From Vulcanimicrobiota bacterium (GTDB lineage Bacteria > Vulcanimicrobiota > Vulcanimicrobiia > Vulcanimicrobiales > Vulcanimicrobiaceae): a stretch of DNA of 64,000 bases. Positions 1 to 9,434 of the stretch are shown here, one piece after another. Location of the stretch: assembly GCA_963733295.1 (NCBI GenBank), contig CAVTCS010000003.1:960001-1024000 (forward strand). The letters run 5' to 3'. The notes under the pieces were generated by a model, which saw nothing but the letters and a program-made list of their open reading frames with translations, ran no database searches and was not told the DNA's origin. Every line of letters begins with the position of its first letter. Position 1 is the stretch's first letter. The position numbers and the translations under genes are program-made.

Positions 1-423
1 GTCCGTGAGTTCCGCCGCGAGATCGGCGGCGTTGAGGTCGGGCAGTCGGTCGGAGTCGACATATTTAAAGAAGGCGACCGCGTCGACGTGGTCGGGATCT
101 CGAAAGGCCACGGCTTCGCCGGCGGCATCAAGCGCCACAACTTCCACGGTGGCGGCCGTAGCCACGGGTCCATGATCCACCGCCAGCCGGCCTCGAACGG
201 CGACACCAACGCCGGACGCGTGGTTAAGGGCAGCCGCCGGCCCGGGCACTACGGCGTCGACCGGGTGACGCACCAAAATCTCGAGGTGGTCCGCGCGGAT
301 ACCGAACGCAACCTTCTGCTCGTGCGCGGTCCGGTTCCGGGTGCTCGCGACGGGCTGGTCCTCATCTCGGCCGCAGTCAGACCGCCCAAACAAACTTCGG
401 CACCGGCCGCGGGAGCCAAGTGA
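1..423 (+). CDS. rplC: 50S ribosomal protein L3 (5' part outside window)
   Basis: Frame open from base 1: VREFR...GDRVDVVGISKGHGFAGGIKRHNF...NLLLVRGPVPGA, the L3 C-terminal half; precedes rplD. Confidence 0.97.
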   Translation, partial: VREFRREIGGVEVGQSVGVDIFKEGDRVDVVGISKGHGFAGGIKRHNFHGGGRSHGSMIHRQPASNGDTNAGRVVKGSRRPGHYGVDRVTHQNLEVVRADTERNLLLVRGPVPGARDGLVLISAAVRPPKQTSAPAAGAK

Positions 424-1085
424 TGCCGAGCGTCATCGATGCCAAGGGCGCGACCCTTCGCGACGAGCCGGTTCCGGCGGCCTTCGCCGCCCCGATCGGT
501 AACAGCAACGTGATGTTCCGGGCGGTCTTCCGCGAACTCGCCAATCCGCGCGCAGGGACCGCGTCGACCAAGCGCCGCGACGAAGTCTCGGGCGGCGGCA
601 GAAAACCCTGGCGCCAAAAAGGCACCGGACGCGCCCGTCAAGGATCGACCCGTTCGCCGCAGTGGCGCCACGGCGGCGTCGTATTCGGGCCCAAACCGCG
701 CTCGTACGAAGTCTCGCTCAATAAGAAGGAGCGTCGCTTGGCCTTGCGTTCCGCACTGGCCGACCGGTTTTCGTCCGATTGCGTGACGCTGCTGGCAACC
801 GACGGCTTCGACGTGAACAAGACTCGCGACATGGCGGCGCTGCTCTTCGGTTCGGCCAAAGCCGCCAAGCACGGCCCGCGCACGCTCGTCGTCTACGCCG
901 CGACCGAGCGCGACGGTGTTGGTCTGCAGCTGGCGCGCGCCGGTGCGAATCTCGAGCGCGTCGCGATCACGCACACCCAAGCGCTCGACGTCAAAGACAT
1001 CCTCGGTTACGGCCGCATCGTCTTCACGACCGCCGCCTTCGAAGAACTGCGCGACAGCTTCGCCGACGAAAAGAAAGCCAAATGA
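423..1085 (+). CDS. rplD: 50S ribosomal protein L4
   Basis: TKRRDEVSGGGRKPWRQKGTGRARQGSTRSPQWRHGG motif; ATG overlaps the rplC TGA. Confidence 0.97.
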   Translation: MPSVIDAKGATLRDEPVPAAFAAPIGNSNVMFRAVFRELANPRAGTASTKRRDEVSGGGRKPWRQKGTGRARQGSTRSPQWRHGGVVFGPKPRSYEVSLNKKERRLALRSALADRFSSDCVTLLATDGFDVNKTRDMAALLFGSAKAAKHGPRTLVVYAATERDGVGLQLARAGANLERVAITHTQALDVKDILGYGRIVFTTAAFEELRDSFADEKKAK

Positions 1086-1228
1086 TCGAACCAAAAAGTC
1101 TAACTGGGGGCCCGCGCGGCGAAGTCAGCGCGGGGGCGCGCAGGAGCGTTTTTCCGGCGCAGTCGGAAAAGCGCTCCGTAGTGCCAGGCACCCCGCGAAG
1201 TGGGGTGCCATTCGATGCAGTCGCGTGA
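1082..1228 (+). CDS. Short bridging ORF (48 aa) running through repeat copy 1; translation unproven
   Basis: ATG overlaps the rplD stop (ATGA); MIEPKSLTGG...PRSGVPFDAVA; stop lies 14 nt into rplW. Confidence 0.35.
   Translation: MIEPKSLTGGPRGEVSAGARRSVFPAQSEKRSVVPGTPRSGVPFDAVA
1105..1209 (+). repeat. Three-hairpin intergenic repeat, copy 1 (rplD/rplW junction)
   Basis: Near-identical to 4643-4748 and 8075-8180; stems cccgcgc/gcgcggg, ggagcgtttttccggc/gtcggaaaagcgctcc, ggcaccccgc/gtggggtgcc. Confidence 0.93.
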
Positions 1229-1523
1229 TGTCGTTATCGCTCCGTTGATTACCGAGAAATCGATGGCCGGAACGATGCAACAGCAGTACGCCTTCGAAGT
1301 GCACCCACGTGCCACGAAGACGCAGATCCGGCATGCCGTCGAGGAGATCTTCAAGGTGTCGGTCATCAAGGTCAATACCGTCAACGTCGGCGGCAAGTCG
1401 AAGAACTTCGCCCGGCGCGGCGTGCGCACGTCCGGCAAGCAACCGGATTGGAAGAAGGCCGTCGTTACGCTCAAGGCCGGTCAGAAAATCGAACTCGGCG
1501 GCCAGAACTATTTCGAGCAGTAA
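1215..1523 (+). CDS. rplW: 50S ribosomal protein L23
   Basis: MQSRDVVIAPLITEKS...YAFEVHPRATKTQIRHAVEEIF...WKKAVVTL. Confidence 0.96.
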   Translation: MQSRDVVIAPLITEKSMAGTMQQQYAFEVHPRATKTQIRHAVEEIFKVSVIKVNTVNVGGKSKNFARRGVRTSGKQPDWKKAVVTLKAGQKIELGGQNYFEQ

Positions 1524-1526
1524 GCG

Positions 1527-2353
<827 letters not shown>

Positions 2354-2354
<1 letters not shown>

Positions 2355-2632
2355 TGGGCCGTTCTCTCAAGAAGGGTCCGTTCGTGGCGGACCATCTGAT
2401 CGCCAAAGTCGAGAAGATGAATGCTTCGCGCGAAAAGCGCGTCATCAAGACGTGGTCCCGCTCCAGCACGATCGTACCGACGTTCGTCGGCCATACGATC
2501 TCGGTGCACAACGGCAAGACGCACGTCCCCGTCTTCGTTACCGAAAACATGGTCGGACACAAGCTCGGCGAGTTCGCTCCAACGCGTTTGTTCCGGGGTC
2601 ACTCCGGCAGTGAGAAGAGTGCCGTAAAGTGA
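2354..2632 (+). CDS. rpsS: 30S ribosomal protein S19
   Basis: [11 protein letters not shown]...KTWSRSSTI...[13 protein letters not shown]. Confidence 0.99.
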
Positions 2633-3144
2633 GCGTCCAAGCCGGCGAGGAACGCGCCCTGGCGTTCGCTCATCTGAGGTTCGCCCGCATGGGCCCGCGC
2701 AAACTGCGCCGGGTCGCGGATGCCATTCGCGGCAAGAGCGTGCGCGAAGCGCTCGTGCTCTTGAAGTTCTCCGGCGTCTATGCTTCCGAGCCGCTCGAGA
2801 AGCTGCTGCGCAGCGCCGTCGCCAACGCCGAGAACAATCACGACATGGCCGTCGACGAACTGTACGTCACCAAGATCACCGTCGACGGCGGTCCCGGTGG
2901 CGGGATGACGAAGCGGCTCGATCCGCGCGCGCAAGGCCGCGCCGCGTTCAAGCGCAAGCGCATGTCGCACGTGACGATCGCCGTCGGACCCACGCCGCCC
3001 AAGCGCCTCCCCAAGAAGCGTTCGGGCGCCTCGATCGCTCTCTCGACGGTGGATTCGCGCCGTCGCGCCGCGGCACCGGCCGCCAAAGCGCCGGCCAAAC
3101 GCACCCGCAAACCGAAGGCCGCCGCGGCCGGAGCTTCCACTTAA
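2629..3144 (+). CDS. rplV: 50S ribosomal protein L22 with basic C-terminal extension
   Basis: [33 protein letters not shown]...SHVTI; ~50-aa Lys/Arg/Ala/Pro tail. Confidence 0.96.
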   Translation: MSVQAGEERALAFAHLRFARMGPRKLRRVADAIRGKSVREALVLLKFSGVYASEPLEKLLRSAVANAENNHDMAVDELYVTKITVDGGPGGGMTKRLDPRAQGRAAFKRKRMSHVTIAVGPTPPKRLPKKRSGASIALSTVDSRRRAAAPAAKAPAKRTRKPKAAAAGAST

Positions 3145-4172
3145 TGGGACAGAAGATTCACCCCGTCGGGCTGCGCCTCGGGATCACCCGGACTTGGGAC
3201 AGCCGCTGGTTCGAAAAGAAGAACTACCGCGCCTGGCTCCACGAGGATCAGTCGATCCGTAAGTATTTCGGACGCTTGACGCGAGCTGCGGCGATTTCGC
3301 GCGTCGAGATCGAACGCCGCGCGAATCAGGCGCGCGTCATCGTGCACACCGCGAAACCCGGTATCATCATCGGCAAGCGCGGCGTGGGCATCGAAGACAT
3401 TCGGAAGAGCCTCGAGCGGCTGACGCAAAAGAACGTGCAAGTCAACGTCGTCGAGATCAAGCATCCGGAACTCGATGCGCGTTTGGTCGGTCAGAACATC
3501 GTCGATCAGCTCGAGAAGCGCATAGCTTTCCGGCGCGCGATGAAGCAAGCGATCATGCGGACGATGAAGGCCGGCGCGCGGGGCGTAAAGGTCATGGTTT
3601 CGGGCCGCCTGGGCGGCGCCGAAATCGCCCGCACCGAACAGAATCACGACGGTAAGGTGCCGCTTCACACGCTGCGCGCCGACATCGACTACGCGCACGT
3701 CGAAGCCTTCACGACGTTCGGTCGCATCGGTTGCAAAGTCTGGATCTACAAAGGTGAAGTTCTCCCCGATACTCCGCGGATCGAACCGAAACCCGAACGC
3801 AACGCCGCCGAACGAGCGACCTTCCGCGACCGCCGCAACGAACGGCGCGCGCGCCGGCCGGAGCCGGTTGCGAGCGATGGGGACGACACGCTGACGCTGC
3901 CGAGCGTCGCGCAGATCGAGAACGACTCAAGCTCGCTGGCTGAAGACATCGAGGGTGCCGCGCCGGCCGGCGGGGACCATCCGACCGGCGTGCACGGCGG
4001 TTCCGCGGTTCACGCGGTGCCGCACGCCGCGATCGACGCGGTCGAAGACGCGACGCCGGTCGCGACGGTCGAGCACGAGGTCGCTGCGATTCCGGACGTG
4101 CTTCTGGCCGACTCCGGCACAGCGGAAGCTGTTGCCGGCGGCGACGTTCCCGAGGGAGAAGCGAGCGAGTAA
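3144..4172 (+). CDS. rpsC: 30S ribosomal protein S3 with long C-terminal extension
   Basis: [46 protein letters not shown]; ~130-aa tail, mostly acidic. Confidence 0.98.
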   Translation: MGQKIHPVGLRLGITRTWDSRWFEKKNYRAWLHEDQSIRKYFGRLTRAAAISRVEIERRANQARVIVHTAKPGIIIGKRGVGIEDIRKSLERLTQKNVQVNVVEIKHPELDARLVGQNIVDQLEKRIAFRRAMKQAIMRTMKAGARGVKVMVSGRLGGAEIARTEQNHDGKVPLHTLRADIDYAHVEAFTTFGRIGCKVWIYKGEVLPDTPRIEPKPERNAAERATFRDRRNERRARRPEPVASDGDDTLTLPSVAQIENDSSSLAEDIEGAAPAGGDHPTGVHGGSAVHAVPHAAIDAVEDATPVATVEHEVAAIPDVLLADSGTAEAVAGGDVPEGEASE

Positions 4173-4600
4173 TGCTGACACCCAAACGCGTCAAGTGGCG
4201 CAAGCAGCATCGCGGACGGATGACCGGACGCGCCGAGGTCGGAAACACGCTGACCTTCGGCGACTATGGTTTGCAGGCGCTCGAGCCGTGCTGGATGTCG
4301 AGCCGGCAAATCGAAGCCGCGCGTATCGCGATGACGCGCCATATCAAACGCGGCGGCAAAGTCTGGATCAAAGTCTTTCCGGACAAACCCGTCACGAAGA
4401 AGCCGGCCGAAGTTCGCATGGGTTCCGGCAAGGGCAACCCCGAGTTCTGGGTCGCCGTCGTGCTCCCCGGGCGGATCCTTTTCGAAATCGCCGGCGTCAG
4501 CGAATCGGTCGCGCGCGAAGCATTACGTCTAGCAGCCGCAAAATTGCCGATCTCCGTCAAGTTCGTCTCCCGCCACGGCGAAACGGAGGCCGCATCGTGA
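4172..4600 (+). CDS. rplP: 50S ribosomal protein L16
   Basis: [29 protein letters not shown]. Confidence 0.99.
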   Translation: MLTPKRVKWRKQHRGRMTGRAEVGNTLTFGDYGLQALEPCWMSSRQIEAARIAMTRHIKRGGKVWIKVFPDKPVTKKPAEVRMGSGKGNPEFWVAVVLPGRILFEIAGVSESVAREALRLAAAKLPISVKFVSRHGETEAAS

Positions 4601-4767
4601 AGCCTAGTATGGGGTCGCGCGGCGAGACCGGTGGAGTGTCAATGGGGTCCCGCGCGGCGACAGTCCGCGCGGGGGCGCGCAGCAACATTTTTCCGGCGCA
4701 GTCGGAAAAGTGTTGCGCAGTGCCTAGCACCCCGCGAAGTGGGGTGCTTTCCAATGAAACGCGATGA
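4597..4767 (+). CDS. Short bridging ORF (56 aa) running through repeat copy 2; translation unproven
   Basis: GTG overlaps the rplP stop (GTGA); ...[32 protein letters not shown]; stop lies 14 nt into rpmC. Confidence 0.35.
   Translation: MKPSMGSRGETGGVSMGSRAATVRAGARSNIFPAQSEKCCAVPSTPRSGVLSNETR
4643..4748 (+). repeat. Three-hairpin intergenic repeat, copy 2 (rplP/rpmC junction), preceded by a partial degenerate copy at 4610-4641
   Basis: Same architecture as copy 1, with compensatory stem changes (gcaaca/tgttgc instead of ggagcg/cgctcc). Confidence 0.93.
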
Positions 4768-4975
4768 GTTGGCGGGGTTGCGCGGGTTTACGATCGAGGA
4801 GCTGTTGCAGAAGGCGCGCGAGACCAAGGAAGAGTTGTTCAATTTGCGCTTTCAGTTGCGCACCGGGCATCTTTCGGATTTCAGCCGCGTGAGAGCGGTG
4901 CGCCGCAGCTACGCGCAGATTCAGACCGTCATCAGCCAGAAGCGGCTTGCGGAGGCCAAACATGGAGCAGCCTAA
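4754..4975 (+). CDS. rpmC: 50S ribosomal protein L29
   Basis: [10 protein letters not shown]...[14 protein letters not shown]...[15 protein letters not shown]; lies between rplP and rpsQ. Confidence 0.93.
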   Translation: MKRDELAGLRGFTIEELLQKARETKEELFNLRFQLRTGHLSDFSRVRAVRRSYAQIQTVISQKRLAEAKHGAA

Positions 4976-5234
4976 GGAATCGGCACGCAACCGCCGCCGC
5001 ATCAAGCAGGGCCGCGTCGCGAGCGACAAGATGGACAAGACCATCGTGGTCGTCACCGAGACGCGCGTACCTCACGCGGTCTATGCGAAGATCGTGCGCC
5101 GTTCGGTGCGCTTCAAAGCGCACGACGAGCAGAACGAAGCCAAGGCGGGCGATCTCGTCCGCATCGCCGAGTGCCGCCCGCTCTCGCGCGATAAGCGCTG
5201 GCGCCTCCTCGAAATCGTCGAACGCGCGAAATAG
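4962..5234 (+). CDS. rpsQ: 30S ribosomal protein S17
   Basis: [39 protein letters not shown] upstream. Confidence 0.97.
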   Translation: MEQPKESARNRRRIKQGRVASDKMDKTIVVVTETRVPHAVYAKIVRRSVRFKAHDEQNEAKAGDLVRIAECRPLSRDKRWRLLEIVERAK

Positions 5235-5244
5235 GCAGATACCC

Positions 5245-5622
5245 ATGATTCAACAAGAGACGCGACTGAAAGTCGCAGATAACAGCGGGGCTCGCGAACT
5301 CCTCTGCATTCACGTGCAGGGCGGGAGCCGGCACCGCTATGCCTACGTCGGAGACATCATCGTCGGGACGGTCAAGAGCGCGATTCCCGGCGCGGCGGTC
5401 AAGAAGGGTCAAGTCGTCAAAGCGGTCGTCGTGCGCTGCTCGCAACCGATGCGGCGTCCGGACGGCTCGACGATCAAGTTCGACGAGAACGCCTGCGTGA
5501 TCATCAAAGGCGAAAAAGACAACCTGGATCCGCGTGGCACGCGCGTGTTCGGTCCGGTCTGTCGCGAACTGCGCGACCGCGGTTTCTTGAAGATCGCTTC
5601 GCTTGCGCCGGAGGTGCTCTAA
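5245..5622 (+). CDS. rplN: 50S ribosomal protein L14
   Basis: [16 protein letters not shown]...[10 protein letters not shown]...[10 protein letters not shown]. Confidence 0.99.
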   Translation: MIQQETRLKVADNSGARELLCIHVQGGSRHRYAYVGDIIVGTVKSAIPGAAVKKGQVVKAVVVRCSQPMRRPDGSTIKFDENACVIIKGEKDNLDPRGTRVFGPVCRELRDRGFLKIASLAPEVL

Positions 5623-5990
5623 TGGGCGCAGCGGTGTTGGACCGCCCGGGTCCGTTGAAGCTGAGGCTCATCAAGGGCGATACCGTTATGGTTCGCCGAG
5701 GCAAGGAGAAGGGCAAGCGCGGTACGATCAAGGCCGTTTTCCCGAAGATCGGATTGGCGACCGTCGAGGGCTTGAACGTCGTCAAGCGTCACACCAAACA
5801 AGGTTACAGTGGCGCGAAGTCGGCCGGAATCTTCGAGAAAGAAGCGCCGCTGCCGCTTTCGGCGCTGCAGTACATTTGCGTGAAGTGCGACGCCCCGTCG
5901 CGCCTCAAGTACGAGACCGGTCCCCAGGGCAAGCAGCGAGTTTGCAGGCGTTGCAGCGAGCCCGCGGCCGCGTCGGTGAAGGGACGCTAG
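5622..5990 (+). CDS. rplX: 50S ribosomal protein L24
   Basis: KGDTVMVRRGKEKGKRG KOW motif, VEGLNVVKRHTK; two CxxC pairs. Confidence 0.95.
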   Translation: MGAAVLDRPGPLKLRLIKGDTVMVRRGKEKGKRGTIKAVFPKIGLATVEGLNVVKRHTKQGYSGAKSAGIFEKEAPLPLSALQYICVKCDAPSRLKYETGPQGKQRVCRRCSEPAAASVKGR

Positions 5991-5993
5991 CGG

Positions 5994-6551
5994 ATGGCTA
6001 CACAGGAGCGCCTGCGCGAGCGCTACGAAAGCGACGTGCGCAAGAGTCTGATCGAAAAGTTCGGCTACTCGAACGTGCACGAAGTGCCAAAACTCGAGAA
6101 GGTCGTCATCAACATGTCCGTCGGCGACGCGATCACCAGCAGCAAGATTCTCGACGTCGCCGCCAAGGAACTCGAGACGATCAGCGGTCAGAAGCCGATC
6201 ATCACGAAAGCCAAGAAGTCGATCGCAGCGTTCAAGCTGCGCGAGGGAATGTCGATCGGCTGCAAGGTCACGCTACGCGGCAAGCGCATGTACGTTTTCC
6301 TCGACAAGCTCTTCAACATCGTCCTGCCGCGCATCCGCGACTTCCGCGGACTTTCGCGCAAGTCGTTCGATGGACGCGGCAATTACAATCTCGGGCTCAA
6401 AGAGCAGCTCGTTTTCCCGGAGATCAATTTCGACCGGGTCGAAAAGGCACGCGGGATGGACATCGTGATCGTTACGTCCGCTCGCACCGATGAAGAAGCG
6501 ACCGAGTTCCTCACCCAAATGGGACTCCCGCTGCAAAAGGAACGGACCTGA
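5994..6551 (+). CDS. rplE: 50S ribosomal protein L5
   Basis: [38 protein letters not shown]. Confidence 0.99.
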   Translation: MATQERLRERYESDVRKSLIEKFGYSNVHEVPKLEKVVINMSVGDAITSSKILDVAAKELETISGQKPIITKAKKSIAAFKLREGMSIGCKVTLRGKRMYVFLDKLFNIVLPRIRDFRGLSRKSFDGRGNYNLGLKEQLVFPEINFDRVEKARGMDIVIVTSARTDEEATEFLTQMGLPLQKERT

Positions 6552-6736
6552 TGGCTAAGACCTCGTCGATCGAGAAGTCCAAACGCACCCCGAAGTTTTC
6601 GACGCGCCAGCACAACCGGTGCCTGGCTTGCGGTCGCGCGCGAGGCTACTACCGCAAATTCGGGTTGTGCCGGATCTGCCTGCGCGAGAACGCGCACCGT
6701 GGTTTCGTTCCCGGTATCACGAAAGCGAGCTGGTAG
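6551..6736 (+). CDS. rpsZ: 30S ribosomal protein S14, Zn-binding (type Z)
   Basis: 61 aa; RCLACGR...[10 protein letters not shown]...PGITKASW. Confidence 0.96.
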   Translation: MAKTSSIEKSKRTPKFSTRQHNRCLACGRARGYYRKFGLCRICLRENAHRGFVPGITKASW

Positions 6737-6739
6737 AGA

Positions 6740-7141
6740 ATGGGCGTCGTCACCGATCCCATCGCCGACATGCTCACGCGGATTCGCAACGCGAACACCG
6801 CGAATCACGAGAACGTCGACATCCCGGCCTCTCGCATGAAGCGTGCGATCGCCGAAATCCTCAAAGAGGAAGGCTTCATCCGCAACTACGAGCTCGTGAG
6901 CGAGGGACCGCAAGGCACGCTGCGCGTCACGCTCAAGTACGGTCCTGAGAAGGAAAAAGTCATCACCGGCCTACGTCGCATCAGCCGTCCGGGATTGCGC
7001 GTCTACTCGTCGCGCACCGAGATTCCGCGCGTGCTGGGTGGCCTCGGTCTAGTTATACTTTCGACCAGCAAAGGCATCATGTCCGGCAAGCGCGCCAAGC
7101 GCGAGGGTTGCGGGGGCGAAGTCCTCGCTTACGTGTGGTAA
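6740..7141 (+). CDS. rpsH: 30S ribosomal protein S8
   Basis: [33 protein letters not shown]. Confidence 0.99.
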   Translation: MGVVTDPIADMLTRIRNANTANHENVDIPASRMKRAIAEILKEEGFIRNYELVSEGPQGTLRVTLKYGPEKEKVITGLRRISRPGLRVYSSRTEIPRVLGGLGLVILSTSKGIMSGKRAKREGCGGEVLAYVW

Positions 7142-7147
7142 TCGAAT

Positions 7148-7696
7148 ATGTCGCGCATTGGTAAACTTCCGATCCAGGTTCCAAGCGGCGTTAGCGTGTC
7201 GGTGGCCGACAGCGTCGTGCGGGTCAAGGGACCCAAGGGAGAACTCGAGCAGCACGTGCTTCCGGTCGTCGGCGTGAAAGTCGAAGACGGCACCGTGCGA
7301 GTCGAGCGTCATGGGGACAGCAAACCGCACCGCTCGGCGCACGGTCTGACGCGTACGCTGGTCGCGAACATGGTCGAAGGCGTCTCGAAGGGCTTCCGCA
7401 CGAGTCTGGAGATTCAGGGCGTCGGTTATCGCGTCAACAAGGCCGGCGAGCGCTTGAATCTCACGCTCGGGTACTCGCACCCGATCAGCTACGATCCGCC
7501 CAAGGGAATCTCGTTCGCCGTCGAGGGCACGAACAAGATTCACGTCGACGGCATCGACAAACAGCTCGTCGGGCAAGTCGCCGCCGAGATTCGCGACCTT
7601 CGTCCGCCGGAGCCGTACAAGGGCAAAGGCATTCGCTACGACGGCGAATACGTGCGCAAGAAGCTCGGAAAAGCCGGAAAGGCCGGTAAGAAGTAA
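7148..7696 (+). CDS. rplF: 50S ribosomal protein L6
   Basis: MSRIGKLPI, RPPEPYKGKGIRY. Confidence 0.99.
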   Translation: MSRIGKLPIQVPSGVSVSVADSVVRVKGPKGELEQHVLPVVGVKVEDGTVRVERHGDSKPHRSAHGLTRTLVANMVEGVSKGFRTSLEIQGVGYRVNKAGERLNLTLGYSHPISYDPPKGISFAVEGTNKIHVDGIDKQLVGQVAAEIRDLRPPEPYKGKGIRYDGEYVRKKLGKAGKAGKK

Positions 7697-8058
7697 TGCC
7701 GCTCTCGAAAAACGTTTCGCGGGTCAAGCGTCACGCTCGCTTGCGCCGCAAAGTCGTGGGAACGGCCGAACGTCCGCGCTTGCAAATCCATCGCACGCTG
7801 CACCACATTTACGCGGCGGTGATCGACGATGCCAAGGGCCACACCCTGGTGGCGGCCTCGACGCGCGAAAAGGAACTGTCGCAAGGACTTGCCTCGCGTA
7901 CGAATCTGGAAGCGGCCAAGAAGGTCGGCGACACGATCGGTCGCAAGGCCAAAGCGGCCGGGATCAATGCCGTCGTGTTCGACACGAGCGGTCTCAAATA
8001 TCACGGCCGGGTGGCCGCGCTGGCTGACGCGGCCCGTGCCGCCGGATTGGAATTCTGA
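7696..8058 (+). CDS. rplR: 50S ribosomal protein L18
   Basis: GTAERPRL, YHGRVAALADAARAAGLEF. Confidence 0.98.
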   Translation: MPLSKNVSRVKRHARLRRKVVGTAERPRLQIHRTLHHIYAAVIDDAKGHTLVAASTREKELSQGLASRTNLEAAKKVGDTIGRKAKAAGINAVVFDTSGLKYHGRVAALADAARAAGLEF

Positions 8059-8060
8059 CG

Positions 8061-8186
8061 ATGATCGACACAACTGGGGTCCCGCGCGGCGATAGTCAGC
8101 GCGGGGGCGCGCAGGAGCGTTTTTCCGGCGTAGTCGGAAAAGTGCTCCGGAGTGCCAAGCACCCCGCGCAGTGGGGTGCTCTTTAA
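8061..8186 (+). CDS. Short bridging ORF (41 aa) running through repeat copy 3; translation unproven
   Basis: ATG 2 nt after the rplR stop; [10 protein letters not shown]...[11 protein letters not shown] ends 1 nt before the rpsE ATG. Confidence 0.35.
   Translation: MIDTTGVPRGDSQRGGAQERFSGVVGKVLRSAKHPAQWGAL
8075..8180 (+). repeat. Three-hairpin intergenic repeat, copy 3 (rplR/rpsE junction)
   Basis: Near-identical to copy 1; loops GATA, GTA, GCA. Confidence 0.93.
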
Positions 8187-8187
8187 A

Positions 8188-8703
8188 ATGAGCTATGGCG
8201 GAGGTCGCGGTCGCGATCGCGATAATTCAGGTCTCGAAGAGACGGTCGTACGCGTGAACCGTGTCGCTAAGGTCGTGAAGGGCGGCAAACGCTTCAGCTT
8301 CAGTGCGCTCGTCGTCGTCGGCGATCGCAAAGGCCGGGTGGGCTTCGCCATCGGCAAGGCCGGTGAAGTGCCCGAAGCGATCCGCAAGGGAGTCGAACAC
8401 GCCCGCAAGGCGCTGATCACGGTGCCGATGGTCGAGCGGACGATTCCTCACGAAGTCACGATGCAAGTCGGCGCCGGACGCGTCTTCATGAAACCGGCGG
8501 CGCCGGGAACGGGCGTGATCGCGGGCGGACCGATGCGCGCAGTGCTCGAGTTGGCCGGTATCCACGACATTCTCACGAAGTCGCTCGGAAGCTCGAATCC
8601 CATCAACGTCGTGTACGCGACCTACGAAGCGCTAAAGTCGCTCAAGACGGCCGAACAGGTCGCGAAGCTTCGCGATCGCACGGTCGCCGAGCTCTTCGCG
8701 TAG
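8188..8703 (+). CDS. rpsE: 30S ribosomal protein S5
   Basis: [48 protein letters not shown]. Confidence 0.98.
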   Translation: MSYGGGRGRDRDNSGLEETVVRVNRVAKVVKGGKRFSFSALVVVGDRKGRVGFAIGKAGEVPEAIRKGVEHARKALITVPMVERTIPHEVTMQVGAGRVFMKPAAPGTGVIAGGPMRAVLELAGIHDILTKSLGSSNPINVVYATYEALKSLKTAEQVAKLRDRTVAELFA

Positions 8704-8724
8704 CGGCGGCAGGAGAACGAGGAC

Positions 8725-9429
8725 ATGGCAGAAGCCAAATCGAGTCGCAAGAAAACCGCGAAGAAGCCCGTCGCCGCGAAGAAGCCGGTTGCCGCGAAAA
8801 AGGTGGTTGCCGCGAAGAAGCCGGTTGTCGCCAAGAAACCGGTTGTCGCCAAGAAACCGGTCGTTGCAAAGAAACCGGTCGCTCAGGAGACCGTCGCCAA
8901 AGCGCAAACTGCTTCGCGCGGCGCGGGACTGCGCGCGACGAGCCCGGCAACGACGCTCGCCACGCTGCGTGAGAACGCCGGCGCGCGCCCCAGGCGCGTG
9001 CGCATCGGCCGCGGCCACGGCTCGGGCATGGTCAAGACCGGCGGCGAAGGCGGCAAGGGTCAGACCGTTCGCTCGGGCGGCGGCAAAGGTCCCGCATTCG
9101 AAGGCGGGCAGACGCCTTGGGCGCGCCGTTTACCGCACAAACGCGGATACTCGCAAAAGGGCCGCGACACCGGCCACTTCGGCTCGACCTACGCGGTCGT
9201 GAACCTCGCCGCGCTGGCCGGTTGGGATCCTAAACTCGAAGTTACGCCGGAAAACCTCATCGCAAAGCGCGTCGTCTCAAAGGCGCTCGACGGCATCAAG
9301 ATCCTCGGCGGCAGCAAGCCCGGCAAGATCCTACCGTCAGGCTTGACCTTCCGCGACGTCGTGTTCTCGGCGAGCGCGCGTGAAGCGCTGGTCGCGGCGG
9401 GCGCCAAACTCGACGAACCGGAAGCGTAA
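8725..9429 (+). CDS. rplO: 50S ribosomal protein L15 with histone-H1-like N-terminal extension
   Basis: [50 protein letters not shown] upstream; precedes secY. Confidence 0.93.
   Translation: MAEAKSSRKKTAKKPVAAKKPVAAKKVVAAKKPVVAKKPVVAKKPVVAKKPVAQETVAKAQTASRGAGLRATSPATTLATLRENAGARPRRVRIGRGHGSGMVKTGGEGGKGQTVRSGGGKGPAFEGGQTPWARRLPHKRGYSQKGRDTGHFGSTYAVVNLAALAGWDPKLEVTPENLIAKRVVSKALDGIKILGGSKPGKILPSGLTFRDVVFSASAREALVAAGAKLDEPEA
8761..8886 (+). repeat. Seven tandem 18-bp coding repeats (KKPV[AV]A-like) in rplO
   Basis: [42 protein letters not shown]. Confidence 0.95.
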
Positions 9430-9434
9430 GCGGC

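Noticed and set aside
4631..4753. N-terminal extensions of L29 (and of L23 from 1200, S5 from 8152) shown in the ORF track
   Set aside because: They are translations of the repeat; recognisable homology starts at ATG 4754, 1215 and 8188.
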